Sequence record: SRR22947725_847
Length of the DNA stretch: 34,283 nt
Strand: one strand, 5' to 3'
The position numbers and the translations under genes are program-made. The stretch's first letter is position 1, and each line of letters begins with the position of its first letter. Shown in pieces: positions 8,988 through 17,931 of this stretch. The notes under the pieces are model-generated. The model was not told where the DNA came from, did no database searches, and saw only the letters and a list, made by a program, of their open reading frames with translations.

Positions 8988-10693
8988 CAGCCTCTCAACA
9001 TACAGAAGACGAACTCAATTTTCGCGGCCGCACTCCGGCTGCTCTTCGATTTGGAACGAGTGGATTGCGAGGGCTGGTTGAAGACATGACTGATCTGGAG
9101 GTCTATGTCAACGCTGCCGGATTTCTTGAATTTCTCATGGATCGCCAGCAGATCAAGGTGGGAGACATGGTATGTCTTTCAGGTGATTTGAGACCCAGTA
9201 CGAATAGTCCTGATCGAAGCATCATGCGAGCCGTTGTGAGGGCCATTCATGATACTGGACTTGTCACCTGTTATCTTGGGCGCTTGCCTACCCCTGCACT
9301 GACTTATTTTGCGGTAAAGCGCCACCAGGCAAGCATTATGGTGACGGGAAGTCATATCCCTTTTGACCGCAACGGCATTAAATTCAACAGACCTCAAGGC
9401 GAAATTCTCAAATCAGATGAGTCGGCTATTCTGTCCAGCGTTTTGCAAGTCCGCCAAATCCAATATGCCATGGGGGAAGATCAATCTATTTTTGATGATG
9501 AAGGATGGCTCAAGCCCGAGTCTGTGCTAGAGCTCCCGGATTCAGAGTCAGCGGCGCATGACGCGTATCTAAAAAGGTTCACCGACTTTTTCCCTTCAGG
9601 GTTTCTCAAAGGGAAAAAAATTCTGGTCTACCAACATTCGGCGGTTGGTAGGGATATGCTCGTTGAATTGCTCAAAACATTTGAAGCGCAAGTTTTTACG
9701 GAGGGAAGAAGCGATACATTCGTTCCCATTGATACAGAAGATATATCCAACGAACGGCTGAATCAGCTTCAGTCATTTGTTGAAGCCAAAACGGAAAATG
9801 GGATACGTCTGGATGCGGTGATCTCAACCGATGGAGACAGTGATCGTCCCCTCGTTTGTGGAGTGGATGGCTGGGGGAGGTTACAGTTTATCAATGGCGA
9901 TTTGCTGGGTTTGCTGGTGGCTGATTTTCTAAAGGTACAGGATGTTGTTGTGCCTGTCAGTTCCAATGACGCGGTGGATCAACATCTGGCAGTCAAGGGT
10001 ATCCAACCATTCAAGACACAAATTGGATCCCCCTATGTTATTCAAACCATGGACGCCGTCCATCGGGATAAGAGTCGCTCTGTGGTTGGATGGGAAGCGA
10101 ACGGAGGATTTATGGTGGGTTCAGAGCTCACATTTGACGGGCGTAAACTAAGTCCCCTTGCGACACGGGATGCATTTTTTCCTATCCTTTGTGTCCTCTT
10201 TGCTGCCCTTGAGCAAAAGGGCAGCATTGTTGATTTGCTGGGGAAACTGCCTGCACGCTTTGGGAAAGCAGGGTTGATCGATCAATTTCCGCAAGAATCC
10301 AGTCGGGCTCTGCTTCAGAAATGGACGCCAGACATTGAAGGTTTACTGGACTGGGAATTGAGGGAAGGGGAAGCTCAGCTTCGTTTTAGCTCTGGTGAAA
10401 GGCGGTCAGCGACCACTGAGGAGATACTGATGATTGCCCATTTGTGTGAGGAGGCTACTCAATATTTTCAACCCGATGAAGGATTTACCGCCATACAGCG
10501 CATGAACTACATTGATGGTGTTCGGTTCTACTTTGATAATGAAGACATCGGTCATATCAGACCCTCGGGAAATGCACCTCAGCTGAGGTTTTATGCCGTG
10601 GCAAATGCTCAATTGCGTGCTGATGCCATGGTCGAATTAGCCTTGCGTGAACCGGATGGGTTGCTGCGATCCATGGAATCCGAACTGGCATGA
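8984..10693 (+). CDS. manB: Phosphomannomutase (alpha-D-phosphohexomutase)
   Basis: FGTSGLRG, catalytic TGSHIP, metal loop DGDSDR, GWEANGGF and RPSGNAP. ATGA overlap with manA indicates translational coupling. Confidence 0.92.
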   Translation: MTASQHTEDELNFRGRTPAALRFGTSGLRGLVEDMTDLEVYVNAAGFLEFLMDRQQIKVGDMVCLSGDLRPSTNSPDRSIMRAVVRAIHDTGLVTCYLGRLPTPALTYFAVKRHQASIMVTGSHIPFDRNGIKFNRPQGEILKSDESAILSSVLQVRQIQYAMGEDQSIFDDEGWLKPESVLELPDSESAAHDAYLKRFTDFFPSGFLKGKKILVYQHSAVGRDMLVELLKTFEAQVFTEGRSDTFVPIDTEDISNERLNQLQSFVEAKTENGIRLDAVISTDGDSDRPLVCGVDGWGRLQFINGDLLGLLVADFLKVQDVVVPVSSNDAVDQHLAVKGIQPFKTQIGSPYVIQTMDAVHRDKSRSVVGWEANGGFMVGSELTFDGRKLSPLATRDAFFPILCVLFAALEQKGSIVDLLGKLPARFGKAGLIDQFPQESSRALLQKWTPDIEGLLDWELREGEAQLRFSSGERRSATTEEILMIAHLCEEATQYFQPDEGFTAIQRMNYIDGVRFYFDNEDIGHIRPSGNAPQLRFYAVANAQLRADAMVELALREPDGLLRSMESELA

Positions 10694-10888
10694 CTTTAAT
10701 TATGGAACAGTGTGCTGCTAAATTGTTCTGTGAAATATCAAGGACAGATTCGACTTCGAGCCTATGCCGGCCATATATCGAAGGTTTCTGCGTGCCTAAC
10801 CTCTCCCTGTTGATTGGATTGCTTCTCCAAAAATGGAAAGGGCAGCCTGATCCATTCAGATTCACCTGCTGTTTTTGAAGATACGCAT

Positions 10889-11767
10889 ATGATGAGTGAG
10901 ACACGCATCCAATGTATGGTCATGAGACTGAGCCTGATACTTTTCATGATCCTTAACTGTCAGCTCGCGGCTGATGGAATGATTGATTTAACGGATCGTG
11001 CTGACTTAACTACAAGAAGCCCCATTCTGATCGCACATCGAGGAGGTGTGGTATCGGTGGATGCGCCGGAGTGTTCATTGACCGCCATCACGCGCGCTGC
11101 TGAACGAGGTTATGATATGGTGGAACTGGACGTGCAGGCATCTCGAGAGGGTGTGCCGGTTGTGTTTCATGATCGATCACTGGATAAAGCCTGCGGTCGT
11201 CCCGGGCGGATTGCTGACTTTGTCTCGAGTGAACTGTCAAATACCAGATACCTGAATTCACAGGACCATATCCTTACCCTGGATGGCGCTCTGGGGCTTT
11301 GTCGCGATCTTAATCTGGGGGTGATGCTGGATTTCAAATCGGGTCAGAAGAATGAGGTGTTCCTGAAGCAGATAGATCTACTCATTCTCAAGCATCACCT
11401 GCAGCATGCGACGATCACCATCTCGGGTTCAGAACAAATGCGGAGTCTCATGAAGCACGTCATGTTTACCCCCACTTCGAATGAAATGCTTCATTTGCGC
11501 GAAGGACACAGCATTCGATTAGGTCAACGGTTCTGGTTTGGGTTACCAAATCAACTGCTGCCGGGTGATGTTGAAAAGCTGAAGAAAGCCCATGCGCTCA
11601 TTTTTCCTGCGATCAATACATTTCGTTATCCCGCAGATGAGCATATGGAATCAGCGGGCAGAGACATTCAACGCCTTCTCAAGGAGGGAGTCGATGGGTT
11701 CCAGATAGACTCAGTTTACGATTCGAATTTTACCAAAGTCACTCAGGACACAGCTGCCCCGCATTAA
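10889..11767 (+). CDS. Glycerophosphodiester phosphodiesterase family protein, probably secreted
   Basis: IAHRGG, APECSL, VELDV, VVFHD and GVDGFQID. Signal-like MRLSLILFMILNCQLAA from ATG 10922; the start is uncertain. Confidence 0.85.
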   Translation: MMSETRIQCMVMRLSLILFMILNCQLAADGMIDLTDRADLTTRSPILIAHRGGVVSVDAPECSLTAITRAAERGYDMVELDVQASREGVPVVFHDRSLDKACGRPGRIADFVSSELSNTRYLNSQDHILTLDGALGLCRDLNLGVMLDFKSGQKNEVFLKQIDLLILKHHLQHATITISGSEQMRSLMKHVMFTPTSNEMLHLREGHSIRLGQRFWFGLPNQLLPGDVEKLKKAHALIFPAINTFRYPADEHMESAGRDIQRLLKEGVDGFQIDSVYDSNFTKVTQDTAAPH

Positions 11768-11772
11768 GATGA

Positions 11773-11794
11773 GAACCCCGGCTTTCGGGTGTTC
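11773..11794 (+). terminator. Hairpin just after the GDPD stop (possible terminator)
   Basis: GAAC-CCCG-gcttt-CGGG-t-GTTC, 5 nt after TAA. No good U-tract follows. Confidence 0.35.
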
Positions 11795-11914
11795 CCTTGA
11801 CCAAACTCTGTCATTGGCAACGCGAGGGTGGATCATTACAGGACGCTTCATTCATGTGTAACGAGACCTCAGCCATTTTTCCTTGTAAATCAATGAGCAA
11901 GGGACTGACATGGA

Positions 11915-13066
11915 GTGATGTTTCAGTTGCACGTCAATTTCAAAGGGTATCCTCATGCTTGTGCCGCCACCCTTGCTTGTCTCGTCTCTGGGTTGGGGCT
12001 CTTGTTATCGAGTCAATCCTTTGCTGCAGAATGGATTATTGAGACGGTGGCAGGCACCGGGCTGAAAGGTTATTCCGGTGATGGTGGTCCCGGGATCGAG
12101 GCACAGTTGAACAATCCTTACGGTCTGGTTGTCGGGCCCGACAAGGCGTTATATTTTTGTGATATCGACAATCACATCATCCGGAAGCTTTCGGCTGAAG
12201 GGGTGATTACCACTGTAGCGGGATGCGGTGAGGCCGGGTATTCGGGGGATGGCGGGCTGGCGACTGAAGCTCGGCTGAATCAACCTTATGAAATTCGATT
12301 TGATCGAGAAGGTCATATGTTTTTTGTGGAAATGCCCAATCATCTCGTACGAAAAGTCGATGCCAGGACAGGCATCATTACTACCTTCGCTGGCCTGGGG
12401 AAAGCTGGTTATTCAGGGGATGGAGGGTCTGCCATTCAAGCTGAGTTCAACCGTCCGCACAGTATCCAGTTTGATACTTGGGGGAATCTACTTATCTGCG
12501 ATATCGGCAATCATCGGATTCGTAGAGTGGGGCGCTCCAGTCATCTCGTGGAAACATTAAGTGGAACGGGAGAAAAGAAGCCAACACCCAATGGTTCTCC
12601 TCTTTTTCATACCCCTTTGAATGGACCGCGTGCTCTGGACGTTTCGGAGAATGGCGATCTTTGGCTGGCATTGAGAGAGGGGAATGCTGTCTATCGTGTC
12701 GACATGAAAAAGGGGCAATTGCTACACAGAGCGGGTACAGGAAAAAAAGGGTTTACTGGCAATGGGGGCCCAGCCAGAGAGGCAACACTGTCTGGACCCA
12801 AAGGGCTCAGCATTGGACCTGATGGCCATGTCTGGCTCGCGGATACGGAAAGTCACAGCATACGTGTCTTGAACACCGGGACAGGACGGCTTGAGCTTAT
12901 CGCCGGAACGGGACAACGGGGTGACGGCCCTGATGGACCTGCACTCAGGTGCCGGTTAGCCAGACCGCATGGTATCTTCGTTGCCAAGGATGGCTCTGTC
13001 TATGTCGGTGATAGCGAAAATCACCGGGTGCGTCGACTCCGCCGGACGACACTCAACGAGGATTAG
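11915..13066 (+). CDS. Secreted NHL-repeat beta-propeller protein
   Basis: Signal peptide, then about 6 repeats of the type TVAGTG..GYSGDGG.A..A.LN.P.G....DG.LY..D..NH.IR. Confidence 0.9.
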   Translation: MMFQLHVNFKGYPHACAATLACLVSGLGLLLSSQSFAAEWIIETVAGTGLKGYSGDGGPGIEAQLNNPYGLVVGPDKALYFCDIDNHIIRKLSAEGVITTVAGCGEAGYSGDGGLATEARLNQPYEIRFDREGHMFFVEMPNHLVRKVDARTGIITTFAGLGKAGYSGDGGSAIQAEFNRPHSIQFDTWGNLLICDIGNHRIRRVGRSSHLVETLSGTGEKKPTPNGSPLFHTPLNGPRALDVSENGDLWLALREGNAVYRVDMKKGQLLHRAGTGKKGFTGNGGPAREATLSGPKGLSIGPDGHVWLADTESHSIRVLNTGTGRLELIAGTGQRGDGPDGPALRCRLARPHGIFVAKDGSVYVGDSENHRVRRLRRTTLNED

Positions 13067-13677
13067 GGGATTTTTTTTATTTTGATGTTTCGATACCAGG
13101 CTTCACCTGCGGGACCTCCGTGGATTTGCAAGGCGATGATGCCGTCCAGTTCAATCGAGCGATCAGCCTCAGTATAATCAACAGTCTGATATCCATTGAT
13201 CCAAAGTTGGATGCGCTTGCCTTCGCAGCGAATGACGTAATCATTCCATTCATCGGGTTTTAAAACTTTGGCCAGTTCTTCACGATCTGGTTCGGCGAGG
13301 ATCTTGCGACGACGGGATTCATCATAGAGACAACCTGTGTAATTTTGTCCTAGATCTGCCTGATACCCGATGACCTCATGGTGGTCAGGGATGCGTCGGG
13401 TTCGGATTTGAACGCCTGCATTGGTTTGTTTGCCTACCAATCTGAACTGAAGTTGTAGTTCAAAATCCTGATAGGTATCTGCGGTGCTCAGAAATTGATT
13501 GCGTGGAATGTCGGCATAGGTCATCCCGCCTACAATGGCGTTGTTTTCTATTCGGAAGTAATGGTAATTACCTTCCCAACCTGCAAATGATTTGCCATCA
13601 AAAAGCGATACCCATCCTTGCCCCCACGATAACAAGGTCGATGCAAAGAAGAGGCTCAATATGATTTTGGATTTCAT
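13063..13677 (-). CDS. DUF1080 (3-keto-disaccharide hydrolase family) secreted protein
   Basis: Signal MKSKIILSLFF (ATG 13677). Motifs WVSLFDGKSFAGW, NAGVQIR, GYQAD, WNDYVIRC, GIIALQIHGG and YRNIKIK. Its stop overlaps the NHL stop (TTAG at 13063-13066). Confidence 0.9.
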   Translation of the reverse strand: MKSKIILSLFFASTLLSWGQGWVSLFDGKSFAGWEGNYHYFRIENNAIVGGMTYADIPRNQFLSTADTYQDFELQLQFRLVGKQTNAGVQIRTRRIPDHHEVIGYQADLGQNYTGCLYDESRRRKILAEPDREELAKVLKPDEWNDYVIRCEGKRIQLWINGYQTVDYTEADRSIELDGIIALQIHGGPAGEAWYRNIKIKKIP

Positions 13678-13760
13678 CGTATTTTGATAATGGATCGATT
13701 TTGGTTTGTGATTGCTTTGTCGCAGCTTAGGATGTAACCACGCTTCCGACAAGTAAACTG

Positions 13761-14147
13761 ATGACCGAGGACCCAATCAACAAATCGCCAAATAAACCAG
13801 ATCAATCTCCAGTCGAACGCCTCTTCCCATTTGCATTGAGAGCGCGAACAGTGGTGGTTGGAGAGTCTCTTCTGGCCCGCCTCAAAAAGAAACTTCATTT
13901 CATTCTGATCACAGAGGATATTTCAGAACACCGGATAGAGGAGATCTGTCGTCAATACTCTCATTTGCCCATTTTACAATGCTACTCAGTTGAGTCCATT
14001 GAATCTCATTTTGGATTTAAAAACACCAAAGTTCTTGGGTTTAAAAAGGGCTCGTTGGCCGTATCAATTCATAAGGAACTCAAAAAAACAGCAAAGCGAC
14101 TTAATCTGGAGCGCTCACAAAATAACGTCAAAAGTGCTGAAACCTGA
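13761..14147 (+). CDS. L7Ae/L30e-like (YlxQ/YbxF-type) small basic protein
   Basis: The pattern LFPFALRARTVVVG...LHFILITEDISE...IESHFGFKNTKVLGF matches the L7Ae fold layout (G...LVILAxDxS...LGxxxG...VVAI). It is Lys/Arg-rich and fills the gap between two genes. Confidence 0.65.
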   Translation: MTEDPINKSPNKPDQSPVERLFPFALRARTVVVGESLLARLKKKLHFILITEDISEHRIEEICRQYSHLPILQCYSVESIESHFGFKNTKVLGFKKGSLAVSIHKELKKTAKRLNLERSQNNVKSAET

Positions 14148-14205
14148 AAGATGACTGCACTTATCCAGTGGCCACGACGGCGCCAGAGAGAACAGTTGGG
14201 CTTGA

Positions 14206-15102
14206 TTAATCCTCCAGACTGAAGGAAGGAGCGCCAGTTAGAAATCCAAGCGAGGTCAGAAACAAGTCTGCCTGATAAAGCGTTTCCTTGTATTTGTTTT
14301 TGTTGAAGAACCCGTGCCCCTGGGCCTCGTAAAGATGAAGTTCGCTTCGGCATCCCAGTGCATGCATGAGCCCTTGGAATTTTTTCCCGGTTTCCACGGG
14401 GATAAGTTTGTCGTGCGTGCCCAGAAAAACGGTGGTTGGTGGAGTGTTCTCGTCCAGATTGTGCATGGGAGAAAAGGATTTCCAGTAATCGGCAACACGA
14501 TCATGACCATATCCACCCGGTCCGTTGTCATAAACAGGATTGAACAATACAAGTACCTGAGGTGCGCAGTCCACCGGTGGATCCATTGGATAATTGAACC
14601 CCTTGACTGTTGCTGTGGTTGCTGCCACATGCCCCCCGGCTGAACCACCGCCGGCAGCGATTCTGTGTGGGTCGATACCCAGCTCGTGAGCGAAATACCG
14701 AACCCATCGCATGGCTGATTTTCCATCTTCGATACATTTGTCAGGACGGGTTTGATGATTGTTTTTCGTTCTGTATTCAGCGCAGATGGCTACCATGCCT
14801 CTGGAAGCCAGATAGGCACTTTGAGGGTAAAACTGTTCAGGTGTTCCTCCATTCCAGCCACCACCGAAGAAAAAAACAATGGCGGGTTTCGTATCAGTGG
14901 ATTGATGTCCCTCCGGCGTAAACAGGTGCAATGACAGCGTGACATTTTCAATCTGTTTGAATGGAACGATTCTTGTCGGTGTGATTTCATCCTCTGCCTG
15001 CATACCTGCGGTCAGCGTCAGAGTGATCACCGCAATGAACCATTGCCTGGCCAAAGAAAGCGGGAAATTAACGAGTATTGATTTCATGAATGGATGGATC
15101 AT
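14206..15102 (-). CDS. Secreted alpha/beta hydrolase (HSL-like carboxylesterase or carbohydrate esterase)
   Basis: FFGGGW oxyanion loop, nucleophile GGSAGG, GTHD and GHGFFN. The start may be ATG 15087. Confidence 0.9.
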   Translation of the reverse strand: MIHPFMKSILVNFPLSLARQWFIAVITLTLTAGMQAEDEITPTRIVPFKQIENVTLSLHLFTPEGHQSTDTKPAIVFFFGGGWNGGTPEQFYPQSAYLASRGMVAICAEYRTKNNHQTRPDKCIEDGKSAMRWVRYFAHELGIDPHRIAAGGGSAGGHVAATTATVKGFNYPMDPPVDCAPQVLVLFNPVYDNGPGGYGHDRVADYWKSFSPMHNLDENTPPTTVFLGTHDKLIPVETGKKFQGLMHALGCRSELHLYEAQGHGFFNKNKYKETLYQADLFLTSLGFLTGAPSFSLED

Positions 15103-15202
15103 GCCAAAGCCATCTCTTGTTGCGCTGGCAAGAATGGGTGGTGTTTTTCAAATAAAATGTCCGTGTGACTATTTGGGCGCTCACTCCCCGTCGGCTGAGT
15201 TA

Positions 15203-16297
15203 TCAAAGCAACTCTTTGATTTTGTCTTCCACATCCTTGGAGTTTTGTTCTCCACTGCCAACCCTCATCAACTGGACTTTTCCTTTGCGGTCCAGCACCA
15301 CGACATGCGGGATTCCCGTGACTCCATAATATTCGCTCATGGAATTGTCTGACTGAATCGCAAAACGGTGCTCGAGACCATGTGATTTGGCAAATTCAAC
15401 CAGCATCTTTTGCTCATCGGCTTTCTCTACTGATGCCTCGCTCCTGCTGGCGCGCTTGGCTTTTTCATTCCATTCGTAATTGTAATATCGGGTAAGTCCC
15501 AGGATAACCAGACCTTTGTCTCCATAGGCTTCTTGAAGGTGTTTCAGATGCGGGAAGGTGGCGATGCATGGCCCACACCAGACAGCCCAGAAATCAAGAA
15601 GCACCACTTTGCCCTTGAGGTCTTCCGCAGCCATGGGCTCTCCATTGACCCAAGCCTCGATTGCCAAAGGGCCAGCATCTTGACCGACCATGTTTTCGAG
15701 CTTGCGTGCGCGACTCAATGCCTCATCGAATCGAGTCAAACTAGTCAGTCCTGTTTCATAAATGGACTTGATGGCATCTTCTGATGCCTTCTCCTTGATG
15801 GCAGTGACAAAAGTTTTTGCTTCATTCAATTGCTTTTCTGCTTCCTCAACATCAGCCACTATCAGCTTTTGGAGGGTCATGTTTTTATGCGTGAAATAAA
15901 TGCCTATGGACTCTTCGTCATTCGGGTCGGTATTGAGTTTTTTAATGATTTCGTCGATGGGGGTTTTTGCTGCTTTTATCTGTTTTTGATAAAATTCAAT
16001 CGCTGAATGAGCTCTGGGAATAAGAGCCTTCGAATCCTCGTTTTCGGGGGTCATTTCACTCACCACCTGGATGAGATTCGTCAGTTTTTTTTCTGCGGCT
16101 TCATTGTCAGTGCCAATCAGTTGTCCGATGCTCCCGAATTCCTGACCGAAATATCGATTGAGATGACTGCTGTCATCGACTTTTTCCTTTGCCTGTTCAG
16201 GAGTGATTTCAGCAGAGAATGTTTGAGGTGAAAGAGCGCATGTGAAAATGACAATGGCTATAGAGATGAATTTGGGCAACTGCGAGAGATATTTCAT
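15203..16297 (-). CDS. TlpA/ResA-like thiol-disulfide oxidoreductase with N-terminal helical domain
   Basis: Signal peptide, LKGKVVLLDFWAVWCGPC (CxxC) and YGVTGIPHVVVLDRKG (cis-Pro loop). Confidence 0.9.
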   Translation of the reverse strand: MKYLSQLPKFISIAIVIFTCALSPQTFSAEITPEQAKEKVDDSSHLNRYFGQEFGSIGQLIGTDNEAAEKKLTNLIQVVSEMTPENEDSKALIPRAHSAIEFYQKQIKAAKTPIDEIIKKLNTDPNDEESIGIYFTHKNMTLQKLIVADVEEAEKQLNEAKTFVTAIKEKASEDAIKSIYETGLTSLTRFDEALSRARKLENMVGQDAGPLAIEAWVNGEPMAAEDLKGKVVLLDFWAVWCGPCIATFPHLKHLQEAYGDKGLVILGLTRYYNYEWNEKAKRASRSEASVEKADEQKMLVEFAKSHGLEHRFAIQSDNSMSEYYGVTGIPHVVVLDRKGKVQLMRVGSGEQNSKDVEDKIKELL

Positions 16298-16496
16298 AGC
16301 AAGCTAATTAAGATGTCTTGAGCAATGATGTGTATCAGAATAGAATAGGAATCTATCCAACTCAGGCAGATCTTCAAGCTTGAAGTGACAGGCGCATCTG
16401 ACCATTTGTTCCATCAAATGCCTGCTTCTGGCATTTATTCATTGGTCTAATGGTGATGATTTTTTAAGATCTCCCTCACCACCCCATAGACCCAAC

Positions 16497-17894
16497 ATGA
16501 AAATACAATTTCATTTCATCATAAAATTGAGCCTTCAGATCATCTTGGTTGCCTTGATGGGAGCCACTGCTCTGGCAGGAACCGGAAAACCCAACATCAT
16601 TTATATCATGACAGATGATCTAGGTTACGGTGACCTTGGGTGTTACGGACAACAGCGCATCAAGACGCCACAGATCGATCAATTGGCAGAGGAGGGGATG
16701 CGGTTTTCGCAATTCTATGCCGGCTCGACTGTCTGTGCTCCCTCAAGATGCGTTCTGATGACAGGATATCATACCGGGCATGCTCTGGTGAGAGGGAATC
16801 GTGAGGTCAAGCCGATGGGACAGTGGCCATTGCCTGATGATACCGTCACGGTGGCTGAAGTTTTGAAGAAGGCTGGATACACCACGGGACTCGTGGGAAA
16901 ATGGGGCCTCGGCGGCCCAGGTTCAACGGGGCATCCGAATCGTCAGGGTTTTGACTATTTTTTCGGCTACCTGTGCCAGCGACATGCGCACAATTATTAC
17001 CCAGAATTTCTTTTTCGAAATGAAACGCGCGTTCCTTTGAAAGGAAACAAGGTGGAAAATGATCGTTTGGATGGGGCAGGGTATGCGACCGATCGAACGA
17101 CCTTTTCGCATGATTTATGTGCCGATGAAGCCCTTGAATTTGTGAAACGCAACCATGAAAATCCGTTCTTTCTGTATCTGTCATTGACGATTCCTCATGC
17201 CAATAACGAAGGTGGCAAGCGTGGAATGGAAGTGCCGGATTACGGGATATATTCAGCTATGGATTGGCCTGAACCTCAAAAAGGGCACGCAGCTATGATC
17301 AGTCGCCTGGATGCCGATATTGGTAAACTCATGGCCTTGCTGAAGGATTTGAACATTGATGAACATACCATTGTGTTTTTTACCTCTGACAATGGACCGC
17401 ACCGAGAGGGTGGCAACGATCCTGATTTCAATGATTCCAACGGACCTTTGCGTGGTATCAAGCGTGATCTTTACGAAGGTGGTATTCGTGTGCCGATGAT
17501 TGTTCGATGGCCAGGCGAAATTGCACCTCAATCTGTCTCGGATCACATTGGCTATTTTGGTGACTTCATGACAACCGCTGCAGAGCTGGCAGGAACACGG
17601 GCACCCAAAGGACTGGATTCCATTAGTTTTGTGGACGCTTTGTTGGGTAATGATCGAAGCCAGAAACAGCATCCATATCTTTATTGGGAGTTTCATGGTG
17701 GAGGTCGACATTTTCAGGCTATCCGACTGGGGCCATGGAAAGGGGTGAAGCATCGAAATGGTTCCTTTGAGCTGTTCCGACTTGATCAGGACCTGGGCGA
17801 GTTGCACGATGTGGCTGGAAATCATCAGTCCTTGGTGACCCAGCTGAGTATTGAAATGGAACGATCCCATCAGGATAATCCCATGTGGCAATAA
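16497..17894 (+). CDS. Arylsulfatase (Cys type), secreted
   Basis: KPNIIYIMTDDLGYGD, CAPSRCVLMTG, GKWGLG, SDNG and KRDLYEGGIRVP. Confidence 0.94.
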   Translation: MKIQFHFIIKLSLQIILVALMGATALAGTGKPNIIYIMTDDLGYGDLGCYGQQRIKTPQIDQLAEEGMRFSQFYAGSTVCAPSRCVLMTGYHTGHALVRGNREVKPMGQWPLPDDTVTVAEVLKKAGYTTGLVGKWGLGGPGSTGHPNRQGFDYFFGYLCQRHAHNYYPEFLFRNETRVPLKGNKVENDRLDGAGYATDRTTFSHDLCADEALEFVKRNHENPFFLYLSLTIPHANNEGGKRGMEVPDYGIYSAMDWPEPQKGHAAMISRLDADIGKLMALLKDLNIDEHTIVFFTSDNGPHREGGNDPDFNDSNGPLRGIKRDLYEGGIRVPMIVRWPGEIAPQSVSDHIGYFGDFMTTAAELAGTRAPKGLDSISFVDALLGNDRSQKQHPYLYWEFHGGGRHFQAIRLGPWKGVKHRNGSFELFRLDQDLGELHDVAGNHQSLVTQLSIEMERSHQDNPMWQ

Positions 17895-17931
17895 AAGGGG
17901 ACTGATTTGGGTGTATGAAAAGCTGATAACA

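Noticed and set aside
10690-10878. 62-aa ORF with ATGA overlap to manB and several Cys
   Set aside because: The overlap is suggestive, but there is no recognisable family or motif, so coding status cannot be supported.
12040-13040. Recurring DNA similarity (e.g. TATTC.GG.GATGG) as a possible repeat array
   Set aside because: It is explained by the NHL protein repeats and is not a CRISPR or non-coding array.
13678-13776. N-terminal extension of the DUF1080 ORF given in the track
   Set aside because: It overlaps the divergent gene, and the signal peptide begins at ATG 13677.
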